DNA of 63,967 bases, the filler included, from Conidiobolus incongruus B7586 (lineage: Eukaryota), in NCBI GenBank assembly GCA_000697335.1. It is 11 parts of 11 records of this genome, joined end to end, with 100 filler letters (N's around TTAATTAATTAA, not from the genome) between each part and the next. Parts side by side here need not be neighbours in the genome. Positions count along the whole stretch, not along the records: positions 33,233 to 42,427 come from JNEM01007343.1; positions 42,528 to 44,118 come from JNEM01007344.1; positions 44,219 to 45,739 come from JNEM01007345.1; positions 45,840 to 49,208 come from JNEM01007346.1; positions 49,309 to 50,685 come from JNEM01007348.1; positions 50,786 to 52,763 come from JNEM01007349.1; positions 52,864 to 54,219 come from JNEM01007350.1; 4 more parts are not named here. The stretch is one strand, 5' to 3'. How positions within the stretch are numbered: position 1 is the first letter of the stretch; every line of letters begins with the position of its first letter. Both the position numbers and the translations under genes were made by a program. Under the pieces are notes generated by a model. That model was not told where the DNA came from. It saw only the letters and a program-made list of their open reading frames with translations, and made no database searches. Below are positions 41,781 through 54,319 of this stretch, piece after piece.

Positions 41781-42544
41781 TTGTTGACAATGAATTGTTA
41801 ATTAGTATTAAAGATTTAGGTAAAAGTTGAATATTATGCCTACTAGATATTTAAAAATAGGGATAAGTACTAATAAAATAAATTGCTTATAAATCAAAAA
41901 TATCTATAATATCTATAACCAAAAATTAAAAAGATTTGATGTTATTTTAATTCTTGATATAATCACTAGTTGATAAGTAATAACTTAAAGATTTAGGTGA
42001 TCTAATAGATTTGTGATAGAAAAAAATATCTTTATAACAATAGTTATAACTAAGGTTATATATCCATAGTAATTTATAGATTATGTCTCACCTTTTAAAG
42101 GGTTAAAGTTCATCAATATCAAGATAACAACTCTAGATGGCAAGTGAGGCTTTGTTATATATAAGTGAATTAAAAAGGATGTCAATATCTAATGACATTA
42201 TAGAAGTAGCTTAACTATCAGAATACTTGCTAGTAACATATATTTAATATGTTAAAATTATTCAAATTAAAATTATATATTAATTTTATTATATAATTTA
42301 TAATATAATTATATTAATAATTATTTAATTATTTAAAATTAAATATAAAGAATAATTTTGTTATATAAAATAAAAATTTTTAATAAATGAAATTTAATAA
42401 TTAAAACTAAAGTTGAATATTATAATTNNNNNNNNNNNNNNNNNNNNNNNNNNNNNNNNNNNNNNNNNNNNTTAATTAATTAANNNNNNNNNNNNNNNNN
42501 NNNNNNNNNNNNNNNNNNNNNNNNNNNTTTTATATGATATAATA

Positions 42545-44099
42545 TATTAACCTATAAAAATGAGTCATAAAATCAAAAATAAATATATTTAATTAATAAT
42601 TAAAAAATTTGTATATATTAGATTACCTGAAAGTATAATATATAAATATGGTATATTATTTGATAAAAATAAATATATTTAGATATATCTAGAAAATTAT
42701 TAGTAAAAATATTAACCCTTAGTATTTAACTAAATTAAGTTATAAATTTTCAAGTTTTTGAGATAAAAGGATATATTTATTAATATATAACCATATTTTT
42801 TTTGTTATTATTTTATATAAAATTTTATAGTTATATTAAATTTTTTTTATTAATATTATTATACCTAAATCCCTCTATATAAAATTCACTAGTGTATTAA
42901 TTAATTTTATAAAAAAGATAAATTAACTCATTATATTACTAGAATTACTAGTGTTAGTTAGTTTATAATAGCTAAAGCTATAAAGAATAGCAATAAAAAC
43001 ATATTTAAACTTAAATGAGTTAAAATTATAGATAGATATGATAAGAAATATATCAATATGTTAGTTAAATTAAGCAAGTATGGTATTGCTATAGAGATAT
43101 AACAGGAATTATAAGATTATACAAAAATATTAATTAACACTAATACTATTATATATATTTTATATTGATATAAATATCATTTACACTTTAAGAAAAAATA
43201 CCCCCAACTAAAGAAATCCTATTATAAAGCTAAGTGGGAGTTTGAATATCATCATTAATATTAAACTGAAATTAATTAGAGTAAAGTTATTTAGCCTAAT
43301 AACATAATAATATATTTTAGTAAATTTGATAAAAAGATTAGATATTTTAGAAAAAATACAAATTACTTTATAATCATCATGTTAATTCTACATAAAAATA
43401 TAATAATAGGTTAATTATTATTTCAGGATAAATTTTATTTTTAAGTATAAAATATCTTTGTAAAATTAATAAGGGATTAATATTAAGATATATTAGAGTA
43501 TTTTAAATAATCAATTTAAAAAAAACTATTGAATAATATAAAGGTTAAACAAATCTGATATTATTTTCAAACAAGATAATATCTATTGTTATATTATAAC
43601 TTTTATTACCAAATAGCTTAAAAATAACAAGAAAATAGTTATAAAGTAATTTCTTTAAATTCTTAACTTTAAACTAATTAAATATCATTGGAATTAGTTA
43701 AAAAAAGTTATTCAAGTTTTTCCCCCAATAAAAGATTTAAATTAGCTTTAAAAATATATTTAAAAAACATAGAATAAAATTAACCCTCTTTAATATAAGA
43801 AGTTAGTTGATTCTATACCTTATAAACTTAAAAAGCTTAGAAAAGCTAAAGGTAAATACACTAGGTTTTAATTTTTTTTATCACCAAAAACCTATAAATT
43901 TATAACTCACCTTAGGTAAAATTAAAGGATTAATATTTTGACTAATTAATAGCTAAATATCAGCATTTATTAATTTATATTATTAATAAATATAATAGAT
44001 TTTAATTATTTAATTTTAGTTATTAAATTCAATATTAATCAAGTTATTAGTAAAAATATAAATATTATTGATTTTATGACTTACTTTTATAAGTCAGTA
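42545..44099 (+). mobile_element. Near full-length degenerate Tc1 family element (1555 bp)
   Basis: Both TIRs present with TA flanks. Transposase remnants include IFKQDN at ~43565. Confidence 0.9.
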
Positions 44100-44313
44100 T
44101 ATTTTTAAAATTTTTTATNNNNNNNNNNNNNNNNNNNNNNNNNNNNNNNNNNNNNNNNNNNNTTAATTAATTAANNNNNNNNNNNNNNNNNNNNNNNNNN
44201 NNNNNNNNNNNNNNNNNNTATTTTTATATTTGATATCAATAGATATTTCAATATATTAAAATTAATATATTATGTGAAAAATCAAAATAAAATTTCAAAT
44301 AATTAAATATATA

Positions 44314-45739
44314 TACTAACCCACAAAAATGAGTCATAAAATTAAAAATATATATATTTCTATTAATATCTTAATCAATTCTAATTTAAATAAACTTATA
44401 TTAAACTTTGTAATTAATATATATTATTTTATTTATAATATAATATATATAGTTAAATGTAATTAATTATTAATTGATATATTAACACTAAAAGTATATT
44501 TAAGATAAGTTATAAATTTGCAGATTTTAGTATTGATAGAAAAATTAATATCTAATATATCTATTTTTTGCTTTTCTAACTTCTTTAAGTTTATAGGGTA
44601 TAGAGTAAACTAGCTTCTTATATTAAGCAAAACTAATATTATTCTAAGCTTTTTAAATATACTCCTAAAGTTAATTTAAATTTTTCACTAAGGGGAAACT
44701 TTAATTATTTTTTTTTAATTAATCCTAAAAATGTTTAATTAGGTTAAAATTAAGAAATTAAAGAAGTTATTCTATAATAGTTATTTTGTTATTTTTAAGC
44801 CATTTAATAGTAGAATTTATAGTGTAGCAAAGTGTATTTTCTTGTTAGAAAATAATATTTGATTTTTTTAATCTATACCACTCAATAGTATTTTTCAATT
44901 TATTATTTAAAATACTTTAGTATATTTTAGTATTAATTCCCCTATCAATCTTATTAAAATACCTTACACCTAAAGATAACATATATCCCTAAACTATAAT
45001 TAACCCATTATTATATTTTTGGGTTATAATAACATAATAGTCACAAAGTAATTCTTTATCTTTTTTGAAACATCTAGCTTTTTTATTAGATTTATAAAGA
45101 TATATTTTTATTTCATTAGATTAAATAACCTTACTTTAGTTAATTTCAATTTAACTTTAGTATTAACATTTAAACTCCTACTTAACTTTACAATAAGACT
45201 TTTTTAGTTAAAGGTGTTTTTTTTAAAGTAGAAGTAGTATTTATTTTAATGTATAATATATATAATAGTATTAGTACTAACTAATATTCTTGTATAATCT
45301 TATAATTCTTGTTGTACTTTTATAGCAGTATTATATTTACCTGTATTAACTAATCTACAAATATACTTTTTATCATGCTTATCTATAATTTTAATATGTT
45401 TAAGTTTTAGTTTAAGTGTTTTTTTAACATTGTTCTTAATAACCCTAACTATAGTAGATTAGCTAACACTAGTAATTCTAACAATCTCACAAATTGACTT
45501 ATTTTTATTATATAGTTAATTAATATGTAAGTGAACTTTTTTAGAGAGAGATTTAAGCATTATAATATTAATTTTAAAATATTAGCTTAATAATTTTATA
45601 ATATATATAATATAACAAAAGAAAAAAAAGATATATATAAGTTTTGTTATTTATACCCCTTTAACTTATAAACCTACAAATTTATAACTCACCTTGGTTA
45701 AATTTTAGGTTTTGATATATTAACCAATAGCTAATGTAA
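44314..45739 (-). mobile_element. Degenerate Tc1 family element, truncated by a gap
   Basis: TIR tactaacccacaaaaatgagtcataaaatt. Collinear with 46363-47937, and its 5' region matches the variant at 1-1020. Confidence 0.9.
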
Positions 45740-45839
45740 NNNNNNNNNNNNNNNNNNNNNNNNNNNNNNNNNNNNNNNNNNNNTTAATTAATTAANNNNN
45801 NNNNNNNNNNNNNNNNNNNNNNNNNNNNNNNNNNNNNNN

Positions 45840-46362
45840 ATACAAGTTTTTTATTTAAGAAAGCTTTTCTATTATTAATTAAACTTAATCTTTTAATTAA
45901 TAACTTTTTTTTAGATATTTTTTCTAATTGTTTAAAATTTTATATTTTTATAATAAGTTTTCCTGTTAAAGATTTTTTGAGATTAAGTATATAATAAGTT
46001 AATTACTAAGTGTAAATAACTTTTTCTAATAAAAATAATTAAGAATTTTCTTTAAATCATTATTAAAAATTAAATTATGATAATTCTTTATATTTTTAAG
46101 TTAATTTTTAAGTTTATAGAGGTTTTAATATTATCATAAATAGTTAATTTATTTTTGAAATTATTAAGGAGGTCATTAAATATATTAATAATAGTTAAAT
46201 AACTAGTTAATTAGATTTAAGCTTTTTAAATTATGTTTTACTTACTAATGATTATTTAATACAAGCTTTTAAAAAAAATGTTTTAGATTTATTTAATTTT
46301 TAAGATATTATTATTATTATTAAAATAATATATGGGTATTTTTCTAAAGGGATTATAATATA
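45840..46362 (-). mobile_element. Fragment of a gypsy D-family gag/leader
   Basis: Homologous to 58320-58850 (tttctaattgtttaaaattttatatttt versus tttctaattgttttaaaagtttatatttt). Interrupted at a TA by the Tc1 at 46363. Confidence 0.7.
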
Positions 46363-47937
46363 TACTAACCTGCAAAAATGAGTCATAAAATCAAAAAAAC
46401 TTATATTTTTACTAATAACTTGATTAATATTTAATAAAATAAATCTAAATTAAATAATTAAAATTTATTATATTTATTAATTATATATATATCATTAAAT
46501 AATGATATTTAGCTATTAATTGATTAAAATATAAACCTTTAAATTTTATCTAGTGTAAGTTATAAATTTGTGGGTTTTTAGTGATAAAAAAAAATTAAAA
46601 CCTAGTGTATCTACCATTAGCTTTTTTAACTTTTTTAAGTTTGTGGGGTATAGAATCAACTAACTTCTTACACTAGGAAGGGTTAATCTTGTTCTATACT
46701 TCTTAAACATATTCCTAAAGTTGATTTAAATTTTTAACTAGGGGGAAAGCTTTAATAGCTTTTTTTAACTGATCCCAAAGGTATTTAATTAGGTTAAAGT
46801 TAAGAGATTGAGGAAGCTACTTCATAACTGTTATCTTGTTATTTTTAAGTTATTTGGTAGTAGAAGCTATAGTATAGCAAGAGGTATTATCTTGCTAAAA
46901 AATAATATCAGATTTATTTTACCTATACTATTCAATGGTTTTTTTCAATTCATTGTTTAGAATATTTTAATATATCTTAGCATTAATTCCCTTATTAACT
47001 TTATAAAGATACCCTACACCTAAAGACAATATACATCCTTAAACAATAATTGACCTACTATTGTACTTTTAGGTAGAATTAACATAATAGTTATAAAGTA
47101 ATTTTGCATCTTTTCTGAAGTATCTAGTTTATTCATCAAATCTACTAAAGTATATTTTTGTTTCATTAAACTAAATAACCTTACTTTAATCAGTTTTAGT
47201 TTAACATTAATGGTGACATTTAAACTTTTGCTTAACTTTACAATAGGATTTTTTTAATTGGGGGTGTTTTTTCTTAAAGTGTAAGTGGTATCTATGCTAA
47301 TGTAAAATACATATAATAGTATCAGTGCTAACTAATATTCTTGTATAGTTTCACAGTTCCTGTTGTATTTCTACAGCAATACTATATATACCTATATTAA
47401 CCAACCTATAGATATACTTCTCATTATATTTATCTATAATCCTAGCACATTTAAGTTTAGGTTTAAATGTTTCTTTATTGCTATTCTTAACAGCCTTAAC
47501 TATAGTAGACTAACTAACACTAGTAATTCTAGAAATATCACAAGTTGATTTACTTTTTTTATAAAGTTGATTAATGCACAAATAGATTTTTTTAAAGAGG
47601 GGTTTAGGTATAATAATACTAATAAAAAGAATTTAGTATATCTGTAAAATATAATATAAAATAATAGCAAAGAGAGAAAAAAGATATGGTTATATATTGT
47701 TAAATATATCCCCTTATCTCAAAAACCCATAAATTTATAACTCACCTTAGTTAAATATTAAAGGTTAATATTTTTGCTAATAGTTTACTATATATATCTA
47801 AATATATTTATTTATTATTAAATAATATACCTTAATTATATATTATAATTTCAAGCAATCTAATATATACAATTGTTTTAGTTATTAATTAATATATATA
47901 TATTTTTGATTTTATAACTTATTTTTGCAGGTTAGTA
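46363..47937 (-). mobile_element. Best-preserved full-length Tc1 (DD34E) element, 1575 bp
   Basis: Both TIRs with TA TSD. Transposase frame 47611-46595 (339 codons): KVI*FNETK (WSDETK), *GCILSLGVG, F*QDNTSCY-(34 aa)-I[K<-E], *LPQSLNFNLIKYLW (WPPQSPDxNPIEHLW). Confidence 0.93.
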
Positions 47938-47951
47938 TATAATATTATTAT

Positions 47952-49208
47952 TAAGCAATATAAATAATAAGAATTTTTGTGATTAAAAAAATAAATCTTT
48001 TAATATATAAAAAGTAAAAATGAATATATAATATAAAATTAATAATTTCTTTTATTTTTAATGACTTTTTATTATATTTTATATAAAAATCTAATACTTA
48101 CATAATAATTCTTTATATTAAAGACTAAAATTTAATATCTCACAAACCAATTAAATTTTTTATAAAAATTTTTTTCCTATATGCTAGTTTTTAATTGCTT
48201 AAAACAATAATAATCATATAGGTTATAATCTAAAAAATATACTATATATGGTAGTTTTTTTTAGTTATATATAATTAAAAAGTTTTTTACAACTTTAGAT
48301 TTATATATTTTGCAAATATTATGCAAAATAATAGGTTTTATTAAATTATATTAAAAATAACAAATAGAAATAATTTTATTCAAACAGAATATAAATTTTA
48401 TTATTAATTGATTTTCTCTTAAAAACTAAATAAAAATATAATATGATATTATAATCTATTACAATAATTAATATTAACTTATCAATAAATTGTTTATTTA
48501 AAAAAATTTATAAAATGGGTTAATTTGGCTTAATCTAACATTTTGATTTATGTTTTAAAAAAGGATTATATAAAAAAATCTAAGATATAACAATTATAAT
48601 AATTTAATATAAAATTTTAGTTTCTAGTTATACCTTAGTAAATTTTGTTTAACAATAGCTATTTTAGCTTTTTTTAAGCTTTAGTTATATTATAAGGTAC
48701 CTATTTTACATTTTTATTAATTAATTTTTATTTAAATTTTGATATATATATATATATATTGCCTATATAATTAATATTAAAGTGTCTTAATAGTTCTTTA
48801 ACTGAAATGAAAGGGTTATTTTTAATATAATTTTTGACTTTATTAATATTTAAAAGATTGATAGTTTAAATTAATTATTTAAATTTAACAAGTTTTTGGT
48901 AGTTTTGTTTTAATAAATAATTTACTTATCAATAAATTATTAATTTAAATAATATTTAATAATTAAAAGCAGCTGGTAAATTTTAAATAATTAAAAGAGT
49001 TTATGGTTAAGTTTTATAAATATTAAAATAAAAAACCTTTAATAGTTATTATTTGGTTTGAATATGATTAAATTAAACAATTAATTTTGAGAAGATAATT
49101 TTTTAATTAAAAACATTATTATATATATTTATATATATATAATTCAAAATCACTTATTTTCTTATTTGTTTTGTAAATATATTTTTATTTGAAACTAATT
49201 ATATTTGA
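47952..49208 (-). mobile_element. Degenerate mariner family copy (left boundary approximate, right end lost in a gap)
   Basis: Collinear with 36545-37790, e.g. tataaggtacctattttac and ttatgcaaaataatagg. Confidence 0.85.
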
Positions 49209-49407
49209 NNNNNNNNNNNNNNNNNNNNNNNNNNNNNNNNNNNNNNNNNNNNTTAATTAATTAANNNNNNNNNNNNNNNNNNNNNNNNNNNNNNNNNNNN
49301 NNNNNNNNTTTAATTTCTGATTTTTCAAATAAATTATTAGTTTTAAATAAAAAAATTTATATAAAACAAATAGAAAAATAAAGAGTTTTGAATTATATAT
49401 ATATATA

Positions 49408-50685
49408 TACCAGCTTATAAAAGTAAGTTATAAAATTATAATTATATATAATTTTATTAATAACTTTGTTAATTCTTAATCAAATTAATTTAAATTAAAA
49501 TATATAATAAACTTATATTATTAATTTATAATTAAATATATTTGATCCAATTATATTTATTTTTAGTTGATATATTGAAATTTAAATTTTATCTAAGGTG
49601 AGTTATAAATTTGTGTATTTTGGTTATAAAGAGAAAATTAAAACTTAATATATTTATCTTTTGCTTTTTTAACTTCCTTAAGTTTATAAGGTATAGAGTC
49701 AACTAACTTGTTATATTAAGAAAGATTAATTTTGTTATAAGCTTCTTAAATATATTCCTAAAGATTATTTAAATTTTTTGCTAATGGGAAAGTTCTAATT
49801 ACTTTTTTTAACTGATCCTAATGGTGTTTAATTGAATTAAAGTTAAGGGATTGAAAAAGCTACTTCATAACTATTATTTTATCATTTTTAAACTATTTGG
49901 TAATAAAAATAATAATATAACAAAGGATAGTATCTTGTTAGAAAATAATATTTAATTAATTTAATTTATATTACTAAATAACCTTTTTAATTTATTATCT
50001 AAAATATTTTAATATATCTTAATATTAATTCCTTTATTAATTTTACAAAAATACCTTATACCAAAAGATAACATATATCCTTAAACTATAATTAAGTTAT
50101 TATTATATTGTTAGGTTAAAAAAACATAATGTTCACAAAGTAATTCTTTGTCTTTTTTGTAATATTTAGCTTTTTTATTAAATTTATTAAATTATATTTT
50201 TGTTTTATTTAATTAAATAACCTTATTATAATTAGTTTTAATTTAACTTTAATAATGATATTTAAACTCTTAGTTAATTTTATAATAAGACTATTTTAAT
50301 TAAAGGTGTTTTTTCTTAAGTATAAGCAATATCCATTATAATATAAAGCATATATAATAATATTAGTACTAATTAATAGTCTTGCATAATTTTGTAATTT
50401 TTTTTATATTTCTATAGTAATATTATATTTATTTATACTAACTAACCTATAAATATACTTTTTATCATATTTAATTATAATCCTAGTATATTTAAGCTTA
50501 AGTTTAAATATATTCTTATTATAATTTTTAATAGCTTTAACTATAGTAAACTAATTAACATAAGTAATTCTAGTAACCTTATAAGTTAATTTATTTTTAT
50601 TATAGAGTTAATTATTATATAAGTAAATTTTTTTAAGAGGGATTTAAGTATTTAATACTAATATTATTTAAAATAATAATTTATA
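49408..50685 (-). mobile_element. Degenerate Tc1 family element, truncated by a gap
   Basis: Degraded TIR taccagcttataaaagtaagttataaaatt. Collinear with 46363-47620. Confidence 0.85.
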
Positions 50686-50785
50686 NNNNNNNNNNNNNNN
50701 NNNNNNNNNNNNNNNNNNNNNNNNNNNNNTTAATTAATTAANNNNNNNNNNNNNNNNNNNNNNNNNNNNNNNNNNNNNNNNNNNN

Positions 50786-51225
50786 AGCTACAGTAGACTA
50801 GCTAACACCAGTAATTCTAGCAATATCACAAGTTGATTTACCTTCTTTACAAAGTTGATTGATATGCAAGTGGATTTTTTTAGAGAGGGATTTAGGTATA
50901 ATGATACTAATAAAAAGAATTTAGTATATCTGTAAAATATTATATAAAATAATAGCAAAGAGAGAAAAAAGATATGGTTATATATTGTTAAATATATCCC
51001 CTTATCTCAAAAACCCACAAATTTATGACTCACCTTGGTTAAATATTAAGGGTTAATATTTTTGCTAATAGTTTACTAAATATATCTAAATATATTTATT
51101 TATTATTAAATAATATACCTTAATTATATATTATAGTTTCAAGTAATCTAATATATACAATTGTTTTAGTTATTAATTAAAATATATATATTTTTGATTT
51201 TATGACTCACTTTTGTAGGTCAGTG
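50786..51225 (-). mobile_element. Tc1 family 5' end (least mutated copy of this region)
   Basis: (M)PKSLSKKIHLHINQLCKEGKSTCDIARITGVS*STVA. TIR ttttgattttatgactcacttttgtaggtcagtg followed by TA. Confidence 0.9.
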
Positions 51226-52863
51226 TATATATATATATATTCAATTTTAATTATTTTTTTTATTAAAATATTTTGATTTTAAAATTTATTCTTAAATTTA
51301 ATTATATTTAAACTAGACTGTAATTATCAAAAGGCTTTTATTTTTATATCTTTAAAACTTAACTATAAACCCTTTAAAATCATCTAAAACTTGCAAACAG
51401 TTTATGGAGATGATGCTCTATCTAAAACTACCATATATCACTAAATTTATGATTTTAAAGCTAGAAGAGATATTATTCAAATTTACTAAATTCTAAAAGA
51501 CTAATCTCTACTGTTATTTTTTTACTTACCAATAAAGTAAAAAAATTATATTAAGAAATACCCTTTTATTTCTATTAGAGAATTATCAAAGCAATTTAAT
51601 ATTAATTATATAACCATGTTATATTTACTTAAGTTTAAACTTAGATTAATTAATAAAAATATAAAATAGATATCATATAATTTAACAATAGCCTAAAAGA
51701 AAATTAAAGTAGCTATAGCTAAACTAAACTTATTAAGGTATAACCAAAAACAAAGGTTTTTATAATAAATACTTATAATTGATAAATCTTAAACTCCTTT
51801 ATATAATCCTTCACCTAAAAATAAAACAAGATATTAGGTTAAGCTAAATTAATCCTCTTTATAAATTCCAATAAATAAGTATTTTAAATATAAACAAATG
51901 TTAATTATTATAATAGATTATAATAGTATATGGTTTTCTTATTTAATACCTCAAGGAAAATCAATTAATAGTAATTTATATATTATTTTTTTAAATAAAA
52001 CAATTTTTAAATAGTGTTCTTAATATAAATTAAAGATACCTATTATTTTACATGATAATTATAAAATATATAAAACTAAAGCTATAAAAGATTTTTTATA
52101 TAAAAAAAATTAAAGGGAGTTACCATATCTAATATACTCATTTGACTATAACATATATGATTATAATTGTTTTAAACAATTAAAAAAATAGCTTGCAAGA
52201 AAAAAAATTCTTGCAAATAAATTAAATTGGTTTGTGAAATACTAAATTTCAGTTTTTAATAAAAAAACTATTTTTTAGGTATTAAAAGCTTACCAAAAGT
52301 ATAGAAAAGAGTTATTAACAAAAAAGGAAACTATTAATTTTATATTATTCCTTAATTTTTATATACTATTGATTAATTTATTTATTTAATTTCAATCTTA
52401 AAATTATACCATTATTTAATTTCTGTATTAATATAATAGGTTCCAATTATTATTAAAAGTTTTTAATTAAAACTTAACTTATTTTTTGATATTAATCTCA
52501 AATTTTTATAAAAAAAATTAAACAGATATAAAGTACTATAGGGTGTTAAATAGAATAAAATTAAGAGTAATATAAAAAAAATAAAATTTTTTAATATGAT
52601 TTAATATAAATTTTCCTAATAATTAGTTTTAAATTATCAATATTTTTATAAAGTTTTAAATAAAATTTAAATAATATTTTCCTAATAATTATTAATAAAG
52701 CTAATTAATAAAGAAATAGATTATTTATTTATAAAATATTCTTTAAATAGCTAAATTTCTATANNNNNNNNNNNNNNNNNNNNNNNNNNNNNNNNNNNNN
52801 NNNNNNNTTAATTAATTAANNNNNNNNNNNNNNNNNNNNNNNNNNNNNNNNNNNNNNNNNNNN

Positions 52864-54219
52864 AATAATTAAAATCTATTATATTAATTAATTATATATA
52901 TTATTAAATAATGATATTTAGTTATTAATTGGCTAAAATATAAACTTTTAAATTTTACCTAGGGTAAGTTATAAATTTATAGGTTTTTGGTGATTAAAAA
53001 AATTAAAACTTAGTATATTTATCTTTAGCTTTTCTAACTTCTTTAAGTTTGTAGGGTATAAAATCAACTAACTTTTTATACTAAGAAAAGTTAATCTTGT
53101 TAAATACTTCTTGAATATATTTTTAAAGTTGATCTAAATCTTTTGCTAAAAGGAAAACTTTAATAGCTTTTTTTAACTGATCTTTAAGGTATTTAATTAG
53201 ATAAAAGTTAAATAATTAAAAAAACTACTTTATAACTGTTATCTTGTTATTTTTAAGTTTTTTAGTAGTAGAAGTTATAATATAGTAAAAAAATATTATC
53301 TTATTAGAAAATTATATTAGATTTATTTAACCTATATTATTTAATGGCTTTTTTCAATTCATTATTTAAAATACTATATTATATCTCAATATTAATTCCC
53401 TTATTAATTTTATAAAGTTACTTTATACTTTAAGACAATATATATCCCTAAATAATAATTAACCTATTATTATACTTTTTGGTAAAATTAATATAATAGT
53501 CACAAAGAAGTTTTGTATCTTTTTTAAAATATCTAGCTTTTTTATTAAATTTACTAAAGTATATTTTTGTTTTATTAAACTAAATAGCTTTACTTTAATT
53601 AGTTTTAGTTTAATATTAGTGATGATATTTAAATTCCCACCTAATTTTATAATAGGATTTTTTTAGTTAGGGGTGTTTTTTCTTAAAGTATAAGTGGTAT
53701 CTATGCTAATATAAAGTATATATAATAATATTAGTACTAACTAATATTCTTGTATAGTTTTATAATTCTTGCTATATTTCTACAATAATACTATATTTGT
53801 TTGTATTAACCAACTTATTAATATACTTCTTATTATATTTATCTATAATTTTAACATGCTTAAGTTTAAATTTAAATGTTTCTTTATTGTTATTCTTAAT
53901 AACTTTAACTATAATAAACTAACTAACACTAGTAATTTTAACAATATTATAAGTTGATTTATTTTTTTATAAAGTTAATTAATATATAAGTGGATTTTTT
54001 AAAAAGGGATTTAAGTATAATAATACTAATAAAAAAAATTTAATATATCTATAAAATATTATATAAAATAATAACAAAGAGAGAAAAAAAATATGGTTAT
54101 ATATTGTTAAATATATCCCCTTATCTTAAAAACCCATAAATTTATAACTTACCTTGGTTAAATATTAAAGGTTAATATTTTTACTAATAGTTTACTAAAT
54201 ATATCTAAATATATTTATT
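52864..54219 (-). mobile_element. Degenerate Tc1 family element between two gaps
   Basis: Collinear with 46452-47815. Confidence 0.9.
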
Positions 54220-54319
54220 NNNNNNNNNNNNNNNNNNNNNNNNNNNNNNNNNNNNNNNNNNNNTTAATTAATTAANNNNNNNNNNNNNNNNNNNNNNNNN
54301 NNNNNNNNNNNNNNNNNNN

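Larger units (their letters stand above)
33395..42238 (-). mobile_element. Full-length degenerate Ty3/gypsy element 'A' carrying two nested DNA transposons
   Basis: LTRs at 33395-33853 and 41782-42238 (TGTTGAC...GTAACA) with 4-bp TATA flanks. PBS TGGTGATACC just inside the 5' LTR. Protease TFIDCRVNINI at ~39350, RT VFIYLNDIFI at ~38320, RNase H LATDV...VGAILS at ~37860, integrase EVIIDNGFSF at ~34730, PYKVV at ~34190. Confidence 0.92.
49309..52428 (+). mobile_element. Degenerate mariner family copy with Tc1 sequence inserted in a TA run of its 5' region
   Basis: 49309-49407 matches the mariner 5' end. The sequence resumes at 51226 with transposase (YGDDALSKTTIYH, ILHDNYKIYK, KKGNY*). Joined across a gap, so continuity is inferred. 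Confidence 0.75.

Noticed and set aside
50540..50930. Apparent ~150-bp duplication of the Tc1 5' region across the gap at 50686
   Set aside because: The two sides belong to different sequence variants, so separate copies or a scaffolding artefact are more likely than a real tandem duplication.
47363..53957. Similar 61-62 aa plus-strand ORFs at 47363 and 53769 that look like a small gene family
   Set aside because: They are antisense to the Tc1 transposase in two copies of the same element.
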